Assembly: GCA_965644315.1 (NCBI GenBank)
Contig: CBFFRQ010000198.1
Coordinates: 448-64,447, forward strand
Direction of reading: 5' to 3'
Origin: Caecitellus pseudoparvulus
Lineage: Eukaryota > Protista > Bigyra: Bicosoecida
Length of the DNA: 64,000 bases
The notes beneath the pieces are model-generated. The model made no database searches, was not told the origin of the DNA, and saw only the letters and a program-made list of their open reading frames with translations. Below are positions 30,201 to 45,200 of the stretch, in pieces. How positions within the stretch are numbered: the stretch's first letter is position 1; every line of letters begins with the position of its first letter. Position numbers and translations under genes: made by a program.

Positions 30201-33200
30201 TCATCTGGGCGCGGTGCACGTGGAAGCGGCAGTGGAACTTGCCCCGCATGACGCTGACGGAAAAGGCGGGGTAAATGGGCATGCCTTGCAGGTCCAGGTT
30301 CTTGAAGGCGACGCCCATGGGCGCGTCGAAGTTCCCGTTCAGCCCGAAGGTCATGGTGCGCTTGTCGTAGTCCACGGCGCAGCTGATGATGTCGCCGTTC
30401 TCCCACTCACTGCCAAAGGAGCCGTCAGCCCCGCCATTCCACTTCTTCCGACGCTGGCCGTCCCAGGCCCACGAGTTGGGGTCGTCGCCAACGCCATTGT
30501 TGCGCTTGGTCGTGAAGGCGTTGTTCACCCAGCCCACCTGCAAGTACCGGTCTCGCCCAGAGAACATCTGCAGCTCGTAGTAGTACTTGCCTGACGTCAC
30601 CGCTGCGCCTGGGATGGCTACAGTGGGGAACGTGGACGCCTTGCTGGTGTTCAAAGAGTACCGGACACGGCCACTGCTGTCCCCCATGAACAGCCCATCG
30701 ATGCCGAGGATCTGGTACTTCCGCCTGCCAGAAACCATGGGCAGGGGGCGCGTTGGCCCGCCAGCGTTGAACTCGGGTGCGTACTTGCTCTGCAGCACCT
30801 TGCGGCTCTCGCTGCCCGCATACCGCAGCGCGTCGTCGCTGTCGTCCATGACTGCAAAGTCAAAGTAGTCCTCCGCCTCTGCCACCTGGTCGCCGCCCTT
30901 CGGCGACATGGCTGAGCCGCGTCGGGGGCGTCCCTTGGAGTCCGGTGAGCCGAAGCCCTTCTTCTTGCTCTGCCCTGTCAGCAGACGCATGGTGCTCATC
31001 TTCAGCATGGCGTCCTCCTTGTGTTCGTCCAGATCCTCATCATCCTCACCAGGGTTGCCACTGGAGGAAAGGCGGCCGGGAGAGCCGCCCTGAGCTGGCT
31101 TGGCTTGCTCACTGCCAGGTTTCTGCTTCTCTTCCGCTTCAAATCCGCCTGGGCTGTCTGCCCGACCCGAGGCAGGGGTGGGCAAAGGAGGTGGTGCCTT
31201 GGACTCGCCAGCGCCGTCCTGCGGAACAGACGATGAGGACTCGTGAAGTCCACTCACACCAGAGCCAGTCAGCGTTGTAGAAGGCTCTGCACGGGCATCG
31301 AAAGCCGAGGGTCGGTGCCCGGCGCCCAGTCCGCTCAGGTCCACCTTGGACACCTGCGTGGAGGGATCCTCCGCGTGGCTTGCTTCGGACAAGCAGATGA
31401 AGTTGTTGTCCATGTCCAGAGTCATCAGCTTGATCTTGCGGTCGGCGCCGGTGGTGATGAAGAGGAAGTCGATGGCAGCGGACTCCCTGTCCACCCGCAG
31501 AGTTGGCATGGAGTAGCTGATCCACGGCTCCATCTTGTGCCGGAAGTCCTTGCTCATGGGCACGATCTGCGTGATGCTGCCCTCGTGTTGGGGTGCCATC
31601 TCAGCCACCACCCTCCAGTCCATCCACAATGACTCTGTGACGTGTGCAGAGCGAGGCGCACCGAGTACGGCCAGCAGCCGCCCATGTGACGTGCCAACCA
31701 GGATGATGTCGTTGGGGGTGGGCATGCTGGGCCGCGGCGCATCCACCACAATGGTCTCCTCCTCTTCACTCATGGACGCTTGCTTCTCTGTGGCAGCAGC
31801 CACGTAGTCCAACCACACCTGCCGCTGTACTTTGCCGTCATCGTCGGTGGCCTCCCACTTCACCGCCAGGGGGTTCGCGATGGACGAGACCTGCGTAATT
31901 CGCTCCCCTGTAGACAGCTCGATGACGTCGGCGGCAAAGTGGTTCAGAGCACGCGCTTGCTCCATGACATTGCTGAAGTAGATGCCACCAGTGCTCGTCA
32001 CCGTCGCAAACCACGACAGAGCTCCCCAAGCCTTCTGGTTGGCAGGAACGTGGTCGATGAGCGGCAGTTGGCTTTTGTACTTCAACTGCAGCCCAGTCAC
32101 TGGCGCTGCGGCAAACTCCCGGGACGCCTCTGTGTCTGGCTCCAGTCTGTTGCGCACTTCTCGCGTGGCCCCGACAAAGGCAGATGGGAAGGCGAAGAAG
32201 TACGACACGATGCCGACGGGGATGCCGTCATCCGGAATGAGGCCGTGCAGCAGCAGGCGTGCCTGTCGCTCCTTCTCCAGGGTCGCCTCGTCCTCGTCTT
32301 CCAACTGCCCATACCCGTTGCCGCAGTGGAATACATAGATCTCCCGCCCAGCAGTGAGCAAGTACTTCGTGTCGTAGTCGCCAGTGGCTGGGTCCAGGAG
32401 GGGCCAGTGTGCTGTGAAATTGTTCAGGCGCCCTGGAAGCAGCTTGGCGGTCATGTGCTTGGCCGACTTCAGCCACTCCGTCGTGGCGCCCAACGGCTCG
32501 GCATCCAGGTGAGTCAGTCGCCAAGGCACAATGGACTTTGATGCAGTCTGCACGAAGAGGGCTGGCTCTTCCTCTGTGGGGTACCGCTTCGTGCTTTGGA
32601 CGAGCGCTCGAGCGTCCATGAAGCACTTGCCGTCCTCCCCCGTCAATGGAATATCCAGCTTCTCCAGCCTGACGGGAACGGGCTCGTACCCTTCGCCAGG
32701 CGGCACGCTCATCTTTCCCAAGAAACCTGGCAGGTCGCTCTCGCCTGAGTCTGCAACATCCGCGGCCGAATCGTGCACTTCGACAGGGGCGAAATCGCCT
32801 TCCACACGGTCGTTGGAGATGCCCCACACGCAGACACCGACTTTGTCAATGCCTACCAGAGCCACTGATCGCGCCTCGTACGTCTCCCGCTCAGCACGGC
32901 ACAAAGACTTGACTGCTTCGCCCTCCGTCTGTACGCCGTGGCCCAGCTCTTGGATGTACTGCAGGCCGGCGTTCACCTGCCACACGCGCACAGAACCTCG
33001 GGAGTCGCCTGTAACGAGGCGCAAGCAGGCGTGACCTTCATCCGAAGACGAGTTCCGGATAAAAGCGGCGGCAGTGATGCCTTCAAGAGTGGCCACTGAC
33101 GACGTCGGGTGCGGCACTATGAGGTGTGGCACGATGCTGCCACCACAGTGCTCATCGTCAGCCCTTGATGTTGCAATGCCGTGAATATCGAACATGGCTG

Positions 33201-36200
33201 TGTTGAAGTCGATGGCTTCAGATATGGCTCGCAGGCGCTCAGGCGCCTCTACTTCCTCCACAGGAACGTATTTGCCTGCGCCAAAGTCTGGGGCGAAGGC
33301 AAAGTCCTCCTGGCGCACCCGCATGTGCATGAGCGCATCGGAGTAGGATGATGCAGTAAACACGGGGTACAGCGACCCTGAGAAGTCCATCTCGTCACCT
33401 TGGAAAGCCAGGGACTTGTCAGTGTACTCGCCGTTCACAGCAAACCACATCTTGCGGTTGGTGGCGTCAAGCAAGCAACACAGCGTGTCGCCATCGTTCC
33501 ATCGCACGCCCCACGACTTTCTTCCATTGTGCCACAAGAGGCTGCGGCCTCCATCTGCACCCCATGAGTGGCCATCGTCCCCCGTGCCACAACCATTCGC
33601 ACAGCGTGCCACGAACTCCTCATCTGCCCACCCAGCCTGCACGTCATTGTGGCTGCCGTGCACCATGTGCATCTCCACGTACCACAAACCACCGCACACT
33701 CGCCCTTGTGGCATGCCGGCGGTGGGGAACGAGCCACCAGCACCCCAAGCACTCAAGTTGTCATCGATACACAAGAGCTGCGACCCCAGCAGCTGCAGAC
33801 CCAGGCGGCGATGTGGTGCTGGAAGCGTGACAATACTGTTGGGCGCAGATGGTGCCAGGCGCATGCAGTCTGCGGGCATCTCTTCGCCACCGGCACCCAT
33901 ACCGGCCAAGTCCAAGGACAGCTCAGAGCTGCTGAAGCTGTCCCGTCCGGAGGCTGCCGCTCCGCCGCCATGCCCTGCACCCGAGGAACTTGGCCGTCCT
34001 GGGCGGGCACTGAGCGCTTGTTGCATAGCAGCGGATGAGGGTGGGAGGTCCACCTCCTCTGCGATGGGCGAGAAGCCAGGCGGGCCACCGAGGAGGTCTT
34101 CTGCGGCTGTCAGAGGCGGGCCCAGTCGGAACACGAACCTGTGTGGGACGGGCGTAGTGCTTGTTCGGCAGGAGAAGGCAGGCATGAGCCCTTCAACGAA
34201 ATCAAAGTGCTGGAACGCGACAAAAGCACGGCTGGACCAGTCACCCTTGACCGTGCACATCATGATGCGGGCATCCACATCGACAGCACAGCCAAACACC
34301 AAGGATTTGCTTGGCACGGCGCCTTCATCGCCACCTTCCACATCCTCAAAGTCACGGTCAAGGGTCCCAAACCTATCATGCTGGTACAAGAAGCCGTGTC
34401 TGGTGCCAGCTTCAAAGGGCAACCAGCCCCACGAGTGTGCGTCGTGCCCGACACCAGCTTCGTCGCTGTTGCCCTGGAAGGCGACATCGGCCCACCCAAT
34501 GGACAGCTCCTGCAGAGAGGAAGCATCGCAGCCAGGCTGGCGGCAGTACTCGAGTTCAAAGTAGTGGCGGCCCCCAGACACGAGGGCATCACGCATGACA
34601 ACGACAGCTTGTTGAGCTGATGTCAGCACGCCGCCAGAATCGGACACCTTCAACGGCACCCACCGCACATCGCAGTCCTCGGACACGCGCGCGTTGCCGT
34701 AGTACAGCAGCAGCAGGCCCCTGTTGAAGCGCGTGTTGATGGCACCGAATACCTGCCGCAGGCGCCTGCCGTAGGGCCGGAATCCCAGCCCGGCAGGACT
34801 TGTCGCCTCAGACATCTCACCACCCACCGCAGCGCCCAGACGCGAGTCCTCGTCCTTGAAGTGAGCCAGCGGAGTGGGGCACACCCCAGCGCCAAAGCTA
34901 AACTGAACGTGCAGGGTCTGCACAGTGGTGGTCGTGCGCCCTTGGATGAAGGGCACGACCGCCAGGTCTGCCTCGTGCAATGCCTCCTTACCAAAGGCCA
35001 TGCACTTGGAGGACGTGGAGCCGTCCACAGTGATGAACATCTGCCGCTCGTTCATGTCCAGCAGGATGCCGATGCGAGACCCACTGCTGAAGCGGGGGAC
35101 GTTGAAGCCTTTGCACAGTTGGATGCCGTCGGGAGCAATCGGCACGTGCTTGGCTCGCTCCTCGCTCACGAGCCACACATTGTTGTTCCATGCGCGCTTG
35201 AGCCCTTCGCCCTCGGCGTGGCCCGCAGACATGGCCTGCACAAACTCGTATTTGGCGATACCGATGCCCAGGGAGCAGTCCTGGGGCAGGTCATGCAGGG
35301 TCACTTCCCAGTACCACTTGCCTCGCGTCATGGCGGCAGCCATGTGCGCACCCACGGCGAAGCGCCCCCCAGCACCACCCACGTCCACAGTGTCCAGCAT
35401 GTACTTGAGGTCGGAATAGTCCCCCACCTCCTCCTCGCCATCTTCGTACCTGATGTGGCTGAAGTCCTTTGCACCAGCTGCCGCCCCGACAGTGGACACC
35501 TGCTGTGGCTGCACAGATTCGTGATCGTCGTACAGCGCAAATCCACCTTCCTCATCATCGCTGCTCGACGACATGTCCAGGTCAGGTGCTGCACCTTCCG
35601 CCACCTCGACGGGCTCAAGCTCAGACGCCACACTGTGACGGCTCTGCACTGACCGAGATGTAGATGCACGCATTGAGCGCATGCCGTGCCCTGTGCGAGC
35701 TGTCTTCCCTGCGCCAACTCCGTCCGCTCGCTTCACTGCCCGGCGGGCGGTGGGGGGTTTGGCAACCGTCACTCCGTGGTGCAGCAGCGCCGTTCCTGCG
35801 CAGATGGTGGGCATGGGCTTGTCGTCCGGCAGGCAAGACACGACAGCCGGGAGTGGCTCCGGCACGGCCAGTTGCGATTCCACCACATCCGTGGGGTGCT
35901 TGAAGTACACCTGGCGACGGCCAATTGCTGCACCTTCAGATCCACCTTCTGCACTCCGCAGGATGTCTGCCTTTGACAACGGCACAGGGGGCACGGATGA
36001 CACCAGGCTCTCTGCGTATGGGCGGAAACCTGGTGGGGGCGCGAACTTCAGCGGGGCGCCCAAGCCTGAACCGAAGCCCAAGGCCAGGCTCACGCCTCCA
36101 GAGGCAGTGGCGATGCAGACGGCAGGGCACATGGGCGCAGAGGTGCCCATGAACTCATTGTGGTCGGCGTCCCGAGGAATTCCAGTCGCAAAATTACACG

Positions 36201-39200
36201 TGGCGACGCCCCATCCTCCAGTGTAACTGCCGTTCTTCCCGAACATCATGATCTGCGCGCCAATGTCAATGGCAACACACACAGTGTCCCCTGCTTGAAT
36301 GGCACGCTTAGGGTCGTCTTGGTCGTCACTCATGAACGACTTTGCATGCGTAGACTGGTCATCTCCGCTCTCAAATTTCAGCCAGCTGTTGCCGGGATCA
36401 GGGATGACCAATGCCCAGCTGCGATCCACGTACCCAAGTGTGTTGTATGAGGTGTCAGGTGTGAAGGGGTTGGGTTTTGAGCGGTCGGGCTGGTACCACC
36501 CGATGCGGATGGGGTTGCCTTCGTACAAGGTGGACTCAGCATACTTCTGAATGTTCACTTCGTAGTACCACTTGCCGCTCGTGGCGCCACACGCCATGCC
36601 AAAGAGCTTCATGCCAAAGTTCCGTGTGACGGCCATCTTGCGGTCTACCACGTCCCAGTAATCCTTTCCGTTCCCAATGCGCCACATGTCAGCCGGGTTC
36701 CACGCCTGGAACTGCTGCTCGTTGGCGTCATCTGCCTCGTACGCCTTCAAGGCCGCGGCAGTGGTCCGTACTGTGAAGCCATCCTCCACCACCTCCGTGC
36801 CCTCCCCTGAGCACCAGAAACTGAGGCCATACCGCACAGACATGGGCAGCACACACGTCGGGCGGCTTTGCTCACCCACTTGGCGCTCAGGTGGCTTCAA
36901 TACATCGCCGATGAAGCCAAAGTCATCTGACGGCCGCAGGAACTTGCAGCGCTCCTCTGACGGCATCGCTGCGGCGTCAGGGGCAAAGGCACGCACTTGT
37001 ACCTTGGCGCTGCCAATGCTCATCACTGGCGTCAGCCCCCCAAAGTAGACGACGTGGTTGAACGCCAGTACCATCTCTGGGGTGTCCAGCTGCGTCCACA
37101 CGTCTCCGTCCAGACGGAAGAAAATGGACCGGCTGTCCATGTCCACCGCCAAGCACAGCGTGATAGAGTCTTTGAAGTACTGCTTGCCCTCCGTCTTGTA
37201 CTGAGCATCAGGATGCGATGTGATGTACGCCACCCTGCTGGCTGGGTGCCAGCTGTACGTGCCTCCGCGGATTTCGCCGCGCAGGGGCGCGATGGCCCAC
37301 TCGCCTTGCACACCACCCAGGTGTTCGTTGTAGTCCACCGGCTCCAACTTGCGCGAATCATCCATGAAGCCAATTGCTACCATCTTTCCGTACCCCTCCA
37401 CATCCTTCACGCCGCTGACCTCCACTTCAAAGTAATGCTTGCCGCGTGAAACGCGCAGCTGAGGCATGGCGATCCAGGACAGCCCCTGCTCTGCACGGTC
37501 TTCCACCTCCACGGAGAACGTTCCGTTCATAGACACCACCGTGTCGGCTCCCGGCGTCAGGACCTGCAGCATTGCACCTTCAGATGAGCCTTGCGCAGCG
37601 GCAGGCCGGGCTGTGACGGCCGCGGCTGGGCCTGCCGCACCGGAAGTGTCGTCCTCCACGCCGGCACTGCCAGACTGGATAAAGGGCAGAGAAGGGCGAA
37701 AGCTGTGCTTCAGCATGGTCGTCACCAAGTACGCCAGGTACTTGATGCTGGACTTGGTGCGTGAGAGGCTTTCTGAGGCGTTGGGGGAGTCGATGCACAG
37801 CTGGTTGATGCCCACGACCACCTGCTCCAGGGCCAGCGTGCCCATCAAGTGTGATGCCCGATGCATGGGGAACTGTGCCACCACACATGAGATGCGCTGG
37901 CCGAACTCTGCCACGGCGTACTGCACGCGGGACTCCACCTTCTCCACCGACGCTCGGATGGTCTCGGAGTCATATGCCTGCCCGATCTCGCGAGCCATGC
38001 CCTCTGCCAGCACCGGCCGCAGCAGGTACTGCACCACCGCCTTGGGCAGCAAGTACCCGTGGACAGGGGACCACTGTGTTAGGGACCGCTCAGCTCGGCG
38101 CGCACGGGGCAGGATGAAGCTGGGCACAAACATGCGCACCATCGCCTCTCGGGTGGACATGCGAACTTGCATGTCCTGAGCGTTGGCCTGCAGCCCTGCA
38201 GCCACACGCCGCCCCCGCACCCGAGTGGGCAAAGGTGCTGTCGCTGCGCTGCCTAAGCCTGCCGCCTCCTGCGCTTCACGTTGCTGCCGCTCAGTCCGTG
38301 CAAAGCCCGCCTCCTCCGCGGCGTCCAGGAACGCTGTGGCAGCTGCATGCCGCTTGATCTCAGCCGCGATGTCGTCCTCCGTCTCCGCCTCGGCCTTGCC
38401 AAAGCGCCCAGAAGGAGCTGACCGCACGGCCTCCGTGGCCGCCGTATCCATTGGCGCAGTGCGCAGGACCTTGCCGCCTGCGCCTGCTGCCTTGCGCTGT
38501 GTCTTGGGCAGCCGTGCCAGCTCGGGCGTGGGCCCTGGCACAATGGGCTCCTTGGCCTCGCTGTGCCACGAAAACTGCCCCTCCTTGCTCATGAAGGCGT
38601 CTTCTTCCACAGACTGGGTGATGGCTTGGGCGGAAGACAAGGAAGGGGGTGAGCACCACAGACTCTGCAGCGCAGGAAGCGGCGCCCCTGCCGCAGACAG
38701 GATGAACGGCGCAGTGGCGACGAAAGCGGGCGGCACGTACGTGCGGCAAGCCATACGACTGACAGCCAGGTCCTGCCGCGCCAGGCGGTACGCTGCCGCC
38801 ACGATGGCTCGAGACTTCATGCTCTTTTCTGACGAGGCGCCTGTCCCTGACCCGTCGCCAACAGCGGCACCGACCGCATCCCCCAAGTCAGACTTGGCGG
38901 CACCACCACCTCCCCGTGCCCGATCCTTGCTGGACTTCTCAGACGCCTTCAAGCTCGCAATGGCCTTGGACAGTGTGACAGACTCACGCAACTGGGCCCA
39001 ACGTTCAGCGGCACTCAGTTTACCCTCACTACCGGGTGCCTTGCCGTGGGCATTGGCTGCAGAAGTCATCTGTGCCATCTGGAACACTGACAGGGACAGC
39101 ACTCGCTGCATGTAGGTGGCCTCGGAACGCGCCGTGTGCTGCAGGCGTAGCATGTACTGGATGTCATCGTCTGTGACGGGCCCGCGCACCTCTCGCAACG

Positions 39201-42200
39201 CATGCATGGCCATGTCGGCCCTGCCCTCTTCCGTCTCCAGGTCATACGACTGCTTCGCGTCGTCGTACGAGTCGGGGAACTTCTCCCGCAGCTCCTCTAC
39301 CTGGGAATCCAGGAATTTGTCCAAGGGGCCCACCTCGCGCTGCAGCATGCGCTCCACCAGCTTGAACTGCTCGCTGGCAGGCAGCGTGCTAACTGTGTCC
39401 AGCTCCTCAATGCTGGCCAGGTTGCCCCATCGCCGCACCGTGGAGCGCATGGAGTAAGCCGACACGACCGCTGGCGAGGCAAGCCCTTCGAACATGTTAC
39501 GGCGGTGCATGGACAGTGTGCGCCCACATGCCGCATGCATGACAGACAGCGCAAAGTACACCAACATGCGCCCGTGCAGCCTGTCTGTGGGCGGGGAGCC
39601 GACGCTGGACACAATCAGGTTTGTGCCGACGCCAAACGCGCCCGAAGCAGCAGCCGAGCGGTCCTTCACGTGGTCGCGTACTGAGCAAATGATGCTGGTC
39701 AGCTCGTCGATGCCAGCACCGACGCGGCCATCTCGAAGGTGAATCATGCCCTGCAGCGCTGGGGACAACGCCGCCAGCGACAGCCGCTGCAACATGTCAG
39801 GTAGGTCGCGGTTGACAAACGCTGACGAGGTGGTGCGTCGGACGCCTGTCGTGCGCCCTGCGGCGGAAGAGCCGACGCCGCCGCCTGAAGCTGCCGAAGC
39901 CAGTTCACGGCAGACTGGCGAAGACATGAGTGCCGCAGTCGGATCTCCCGACTGCACTGGGGCAAAACCAGACACAGCATCGTGCAGGGCAGTGTCCACG
40001 TAGTCAATGTCACCCAGGTCCCCACCGTCGCCCGCCAGCATGGCCCACAGACGCAAGAACGTGTCCAGGGTGAACAGGCGCACCTGGGCTTGGCGGTAAC
40101 TGGGGTTCATCACCCGCTCCATGGCCGTGGAGTGCTGGAACACATCAAGCGTCTCGTAGTTGCGGCGCAGGAAGTTGCACTCCTGGACGAACAGCGCCGG
40201 ACTGCGCACGTGCTTGCCCTTGAGCAGCTCAGACACGATGCGGGCTGCCGAGTCGTCGTGCAAGCCGTACAGGTGGTCTTGGATGGGCCGCTTCGCCCGC
40301 GTACCAGCGTTGCCAGCCTGTGCTGCTGGTCCGGCTTGCGTCTCTTGCTTCTTTGCAGTCGACCTCCGTGCTGGTTCAGCTTGCAGCTTGCGCGTGCTGG
40401 AGGACTCATCTGGCTCTGCACCTGGCGGACTTGATGGCAACTGTGCCGCATGCTCTGGCGCCACCTTGGACGACGCGCCTGCCTTCTTGCCTCGGCCTGA
40501 GCCCTCCCGGGCATCCGTCACAGACCCTGGGTTCCCCACGTCATCCGTATCGTCAATATGGTCTCTCGCAGCGCCTGCTGCAGTATGGGGCGTGCGAGCA
40601 GATTTCTGCTTTGACGCCTGCCGTTTGCTGGCCTGGCGTTTCAGCCGGGCGCTGGGCCCGCCACTTGCAGCGCCACCAGTTGGAACAGCCTTGGGCTTGG
40701 CGGCAGCCTGAGCTTGTGCAGCTGCCCCAGCACTCACCAGGTCTGTCGTCGGGCTGGTGCTGTCGGGATTGCCTGTGAAAATCAGTAAGCCCAGCTTGTA
40801 CAAATCCCGCCGCCGGCCTCGCACGGCGCCCATGAGCAGCTGGCGCTTGCGAATGTCTTTCGGGTCCTTCAGCTGTTTGAAGCTGTTGGCTGACGAAGGC
40901 AGGGAGGCACCCATGAACAGACGAGCTGTGTTCGAGGGCAGTTGCAGGAAGGAGCGGGCGGCTGAGTCCACCGCCGCGACGTCGCCCCAAATCATCATGG
41001 CCAGGGTCATGAAGCTCTCGGGAGGCACGCGCAGGGCCATGGTCAGGGGCAACAACAGCTCGGATAGGCCAGGGATGGCCCGTGCGTGGTGCACGCTGGT
41101 AATGTGCGCCAGTACGTGCACTGCCCGCAGCGCCGGGAAGACTCGCTTGTCAGGGATGAGGGCTGTGCCGATGTCAGCATCGCGGTCGAAAACAACAAAG
41201 CTCATGGGCTTGTTCATCACCGTAAGCGCCCACAGCTTGTCAAGGTCGGGCGCAGAGGTGGACACGGCATCGTCTGCCACCATGTTGGTGAGCAGGCTCA
41301 TCACCAGCGCGTGAGGAATGCGCCCCGACTCGTTCCACGTCCGCAGCTCGTCGGCGATGACAGAGGAGCGGATTTCGGCGTCACGCAGTCCATCCTTGGG
41401 GGGCCGGCCACCCTTGCTCAGCCTAGATGCCGGCAACAAGTCCTCCACGCTCACCTTCACATCGTCCACGAGCGTGTCGAACTCCGAGGCCATGGACTTG
41501 AGCGCATCATCCTTAAAGGTCCCAGGCAGGACGCTCTGCAGGAACTCCTCCTCGTCGCTGGAGGAGTCTTCGTCAGAGGTGTCCTCGCCAAACGAGTTGG
41601 CCTGCTGGAACATCATGTCCTCCCACATCTTCAGCCACGCCTCTGCCTCAGACTCCGACACCACGAACCGGCGCATGGCCGCCTCCACGTGCTCCTTGCC
41701 CTTCTCCCCAGCCTCCTTCCCCGCCTTCTCCACCAAGTCTCTCACCTTACTCTCCTCCTTCTCCAGGGTGATCAAAGCGGTGTCAGCCAGTGCGCGCGCT
41801 TGCGACAGGCTCAGCTTCAGCTTCAACGCCATGTCCTGCAGTGTGCGCATGGCCTGCTGCAGCACCTCCGGCTCAAGGTACTTCGCCGTCGCGGCAGCGG
41901 CGCCGGATGCCGCGGCGTTCGCCGCTTCCTGTGCGTTCTTTGAAGCAACACCCGCTGCAGGGCTCAGCTTGGCCACGAGCTGCGCCTGCGCCAGATCCAT
42001 GGCACTCTGCATGACGCTCTTTGCCATCTTCACAGTCATGAGGCGCCCGAAGACGCGCCCGCCGCCCCACAGCTCCTTCAGCACGCTCTGTGCTGCAGCG
42101 CCGTTCCTCGCCAAGCGCTTCTGCAGTCTGGATGCGGCTGACTCTACCTTCTTGGACACCGCACTCTTTGCCTTCTCCGCCTGGGCCAGCAGACCATCAT

Positions 42201-45200
42201 CCTCATCCAGCAAGTGCGACTCCGTGGCCAACAGACTCTGCTCCACCTTGCGCTCCACAGCATCCGCAGCTTCCTTCGCAGACAGAACACGAGCCTTGAC
42301 AGCGGTCATGCTGCGGCCCATCGTGGACACAAAAGCGTCCCGGAGTGACCCAGCGGCATCCAGGATGCCTTGCTCCTTCCCCCACGCCTCCAGCTCCTCA
42401 GTGGTCCCGCTTTCCAGAAGGCGCAGAGCCTCCTTGGCCTGGGGAATACTCGTAGCAGCTGCCACGACAGCTGTACTGGCCTCGCCTGCCTGCACAGCTG
42501 GAGTGATGGCGGCCGGCTTGCCCAGCGCAGACTTATCAAATGCAGCCACATCTGCCTCACCCTGCGCAAGCGCCTGGCTTCGCGGCGTCAGCTGCTTCAA
42601 CTTGCCCGGACGTGGGCGCTGAGGCTGCAGCACATCCTTAGGCTGCCCTTGGGCAGGCAAAGGGGAGCTCCCGTCATCGGCAACTGCGGGCGACGCGCCA
42701 CCCGCTGCCAATGCTGCAGCCACTGCGGTGCCACCTGTTGCCCCTGCCAGAGCCAGGCGTGCCCGACTCCCAGCCTGTGCGCCCTGCTCCTGCGCGCTGG
42801 AGGCTGCAGCTGCCATCGCAGCCTTGGCCTCCTCTGCTTCCACCTTGAGAGTCGTGTCGAAGTCATCACGCAGACGCGCCACGCGCTTGAGCAGCTCCCG
42901 GCGCAGAACTGCGCTGCGCATGGTGGAGCGCCGGAACACGTTGGACAGCAGCAGCATCTCGCGCTGGCGCAAGCGGTTGGCACCCATCTGCACGGGGTCC
43001 ACCGTCTTGCGAACACTGTCCAGCTCCTGCACCAGCTGGTCTTTCAGGCGCTGCACAGTGGACCGCAGCTTCACTGCACCGGCCTCCATGCGCTGCCGCA
43101 GGGCGCTGGTGGCTTGCTTCAAGTGCCCCGCAGCAGACACTAGCCCTGCCACAACGTGCTCCGTGGAGTCCCACAGCGCAGGTTTGGCGTCCTTCACTTT
43201 GTGCGCCAGGGCTTCCAGATTCAAGTCCTCGGGGAAAAGAGAGCCAGCTGCCTGGCCAGCTGCGGACTGCAGCTCGTGCGCTGCGCTGGCCACGTGATGT
43301 TCTGCCTCCCCCATGGCACGCTGCAGGCCAGCTTGGGCATCAGCGGCCTTTGCCTGCGCTGCTGAGGCATGCTGTAGAGCCTTGTCCTTCAACTCTGCCG
43401 CTTGGCCGGCGACTTCGCCCAGCTTGGCGGTGGCAGCGGCACGGGCACCCTCAGCCTTTTGCAGCATCTCCTCGCGCTGCGCTGCGCCTCGTTCCTGCAG
43501 GTCAGCCAACTTCTCACGCCCTGCCTCCAAGACAGCTGTGCCGGCCTTGGCAGCAGCCTTGCGCGCCATGCCCATGATCTCACGGCGCAGCCTGCTCGAC
43601 ATGGCTGAGAAGTCCAACATGGCGGCGAGGGACGTCAGGAGGCCCTTGCCTCGGTCTCCACCTGGCAGAGTAGGCAGCAGGACGGGGTCAGAGGTCCCCG
43701 TGGAGATCTCCTTGCACGCCACTCGCACCGTGGCTTCTGCGGGGGAGATGGGGGCCGACGCATTGTATGGTGCCGCCACATATGTGATGCTGTACCGGCG
43801 CAAGGCATCCAGAACGGGCCCCTTGGAGCCTGGGAATGCCGCGCTGCGCTGCGTGAACACCCACGGTAGCTCTGCCTTACGCAGGGGGTGGCCCATGACC
43901 ACCTTCAGCAGGGCGAGCAAGGATGAGACGGGGGCGTGGTAAGACCACACCTGCATCTTGGACCCATTCCCATGCACAAACATGCTGGGTGGGGGGCTCT
44001 TGTGCCCCACGTGCAGCCAGGGGTACTTGCCCCGCAGCGACTTGCGCACAGGGCGCTCACCCTCCCCTTGCAGGCTGTAGCTGGAAAAGTCCTGTCCCCC
44101 CGACACCTCCGCCTCTTCCGGACCCAGCACCGTCTTCAGAGGGTCCTTGGCAAACTCCTCGGCCGCAGAGGCTGCCATGCGCCACAGCACGTCCACGTGC
44201 TGGTCTGTGAGGCCCTGTTCGGGCGCCTTGCTGCCCTTCTTGGAGCGGTCAGCCGCCATGCCGCCGCCAGTGGACGACTCCACGTCATCTGCCGCCAGCG
44301 CTGCCTGCAGCGAGGACAGCCATGCTGTGAGGGTGTCGATTTGCTGCTCCCGTGTGCCGCCACACAGCTCAGAGTCGCCCAGCACCTCCGTCAAGGACGG
44401 GGCAGTGGCGTGCAGAGCGGGGTCGCTGTGAATGTCTCCGATCGTTGTGGAGGGAAGCTGCACGCCTGTGATGACGGGGGGCACGACATCCTCCCTGTAC
44501 ACCTTGTGCACCTCCGCAGGTGACGTCGTGACGTCCCCCGCCTTCATGGCCACGAGGTCTTTAGACACTGGCCAGCGCACGACTGGCCCTGAGGCGTACG
44601 TGACGTCGTCCCCTGGGTCCACGCCCTTCTCCTCAGAGGGGTCCACCTCCGACATGATGTACTTCATGCCGGGCGTGATGGTATCCAGGGAACGCTGCAC
44701 GGCCAGGCAGTCCCGCACGCCGATCTGGGACGCCAAGAACGCCTTAGCGTGCCCATCACGGTCCAGAGGCAGGGCCAGAGGGTTCACCTCCGATACAGGA
44801 GTGGACGCCACCTCCTCCACTGCCTGGGAGGCCTTTACCTTCTTCCCCGCCGTGGGGCGCGCTGAAGCCAGCTTCTTGGACAGATACCGCGAGTGCAGGC
44901 GGGCATACTGGATCGGCTCCGCATCAGCCATCACGCCGTGCAGCATGCGGGTGTTGCAGTTGTCGTCGTGGCGCACCTTCTCAGACAGCAGCGCAACCAA
45001 GTGGGCGCCTGAGGACGCGTTCAGCAGCACCTGGTCGCGGCCGCCGCCCACGTGCAGCGCAGCCTGCATGGTAGAGGAGCTCTCCGAGTAGTCCGAAGTC
45101 TTGCCCACCTCCTTGGCCTCGCGAGTCTCCACGTGCTGCAGGATGACATCCACCAGCACCGCCAGCAGGTGGTGCACTGGCACGCTCAGCTTGGCAGCAA

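Noticed and set aside
27241-37500. Ryanodine/IP3 receptor call for the giant protein
   Set aside because: No pore motif or MIR/RIH domains seen; the GGGIS string is part of an EF-hand loop; domain order differs.
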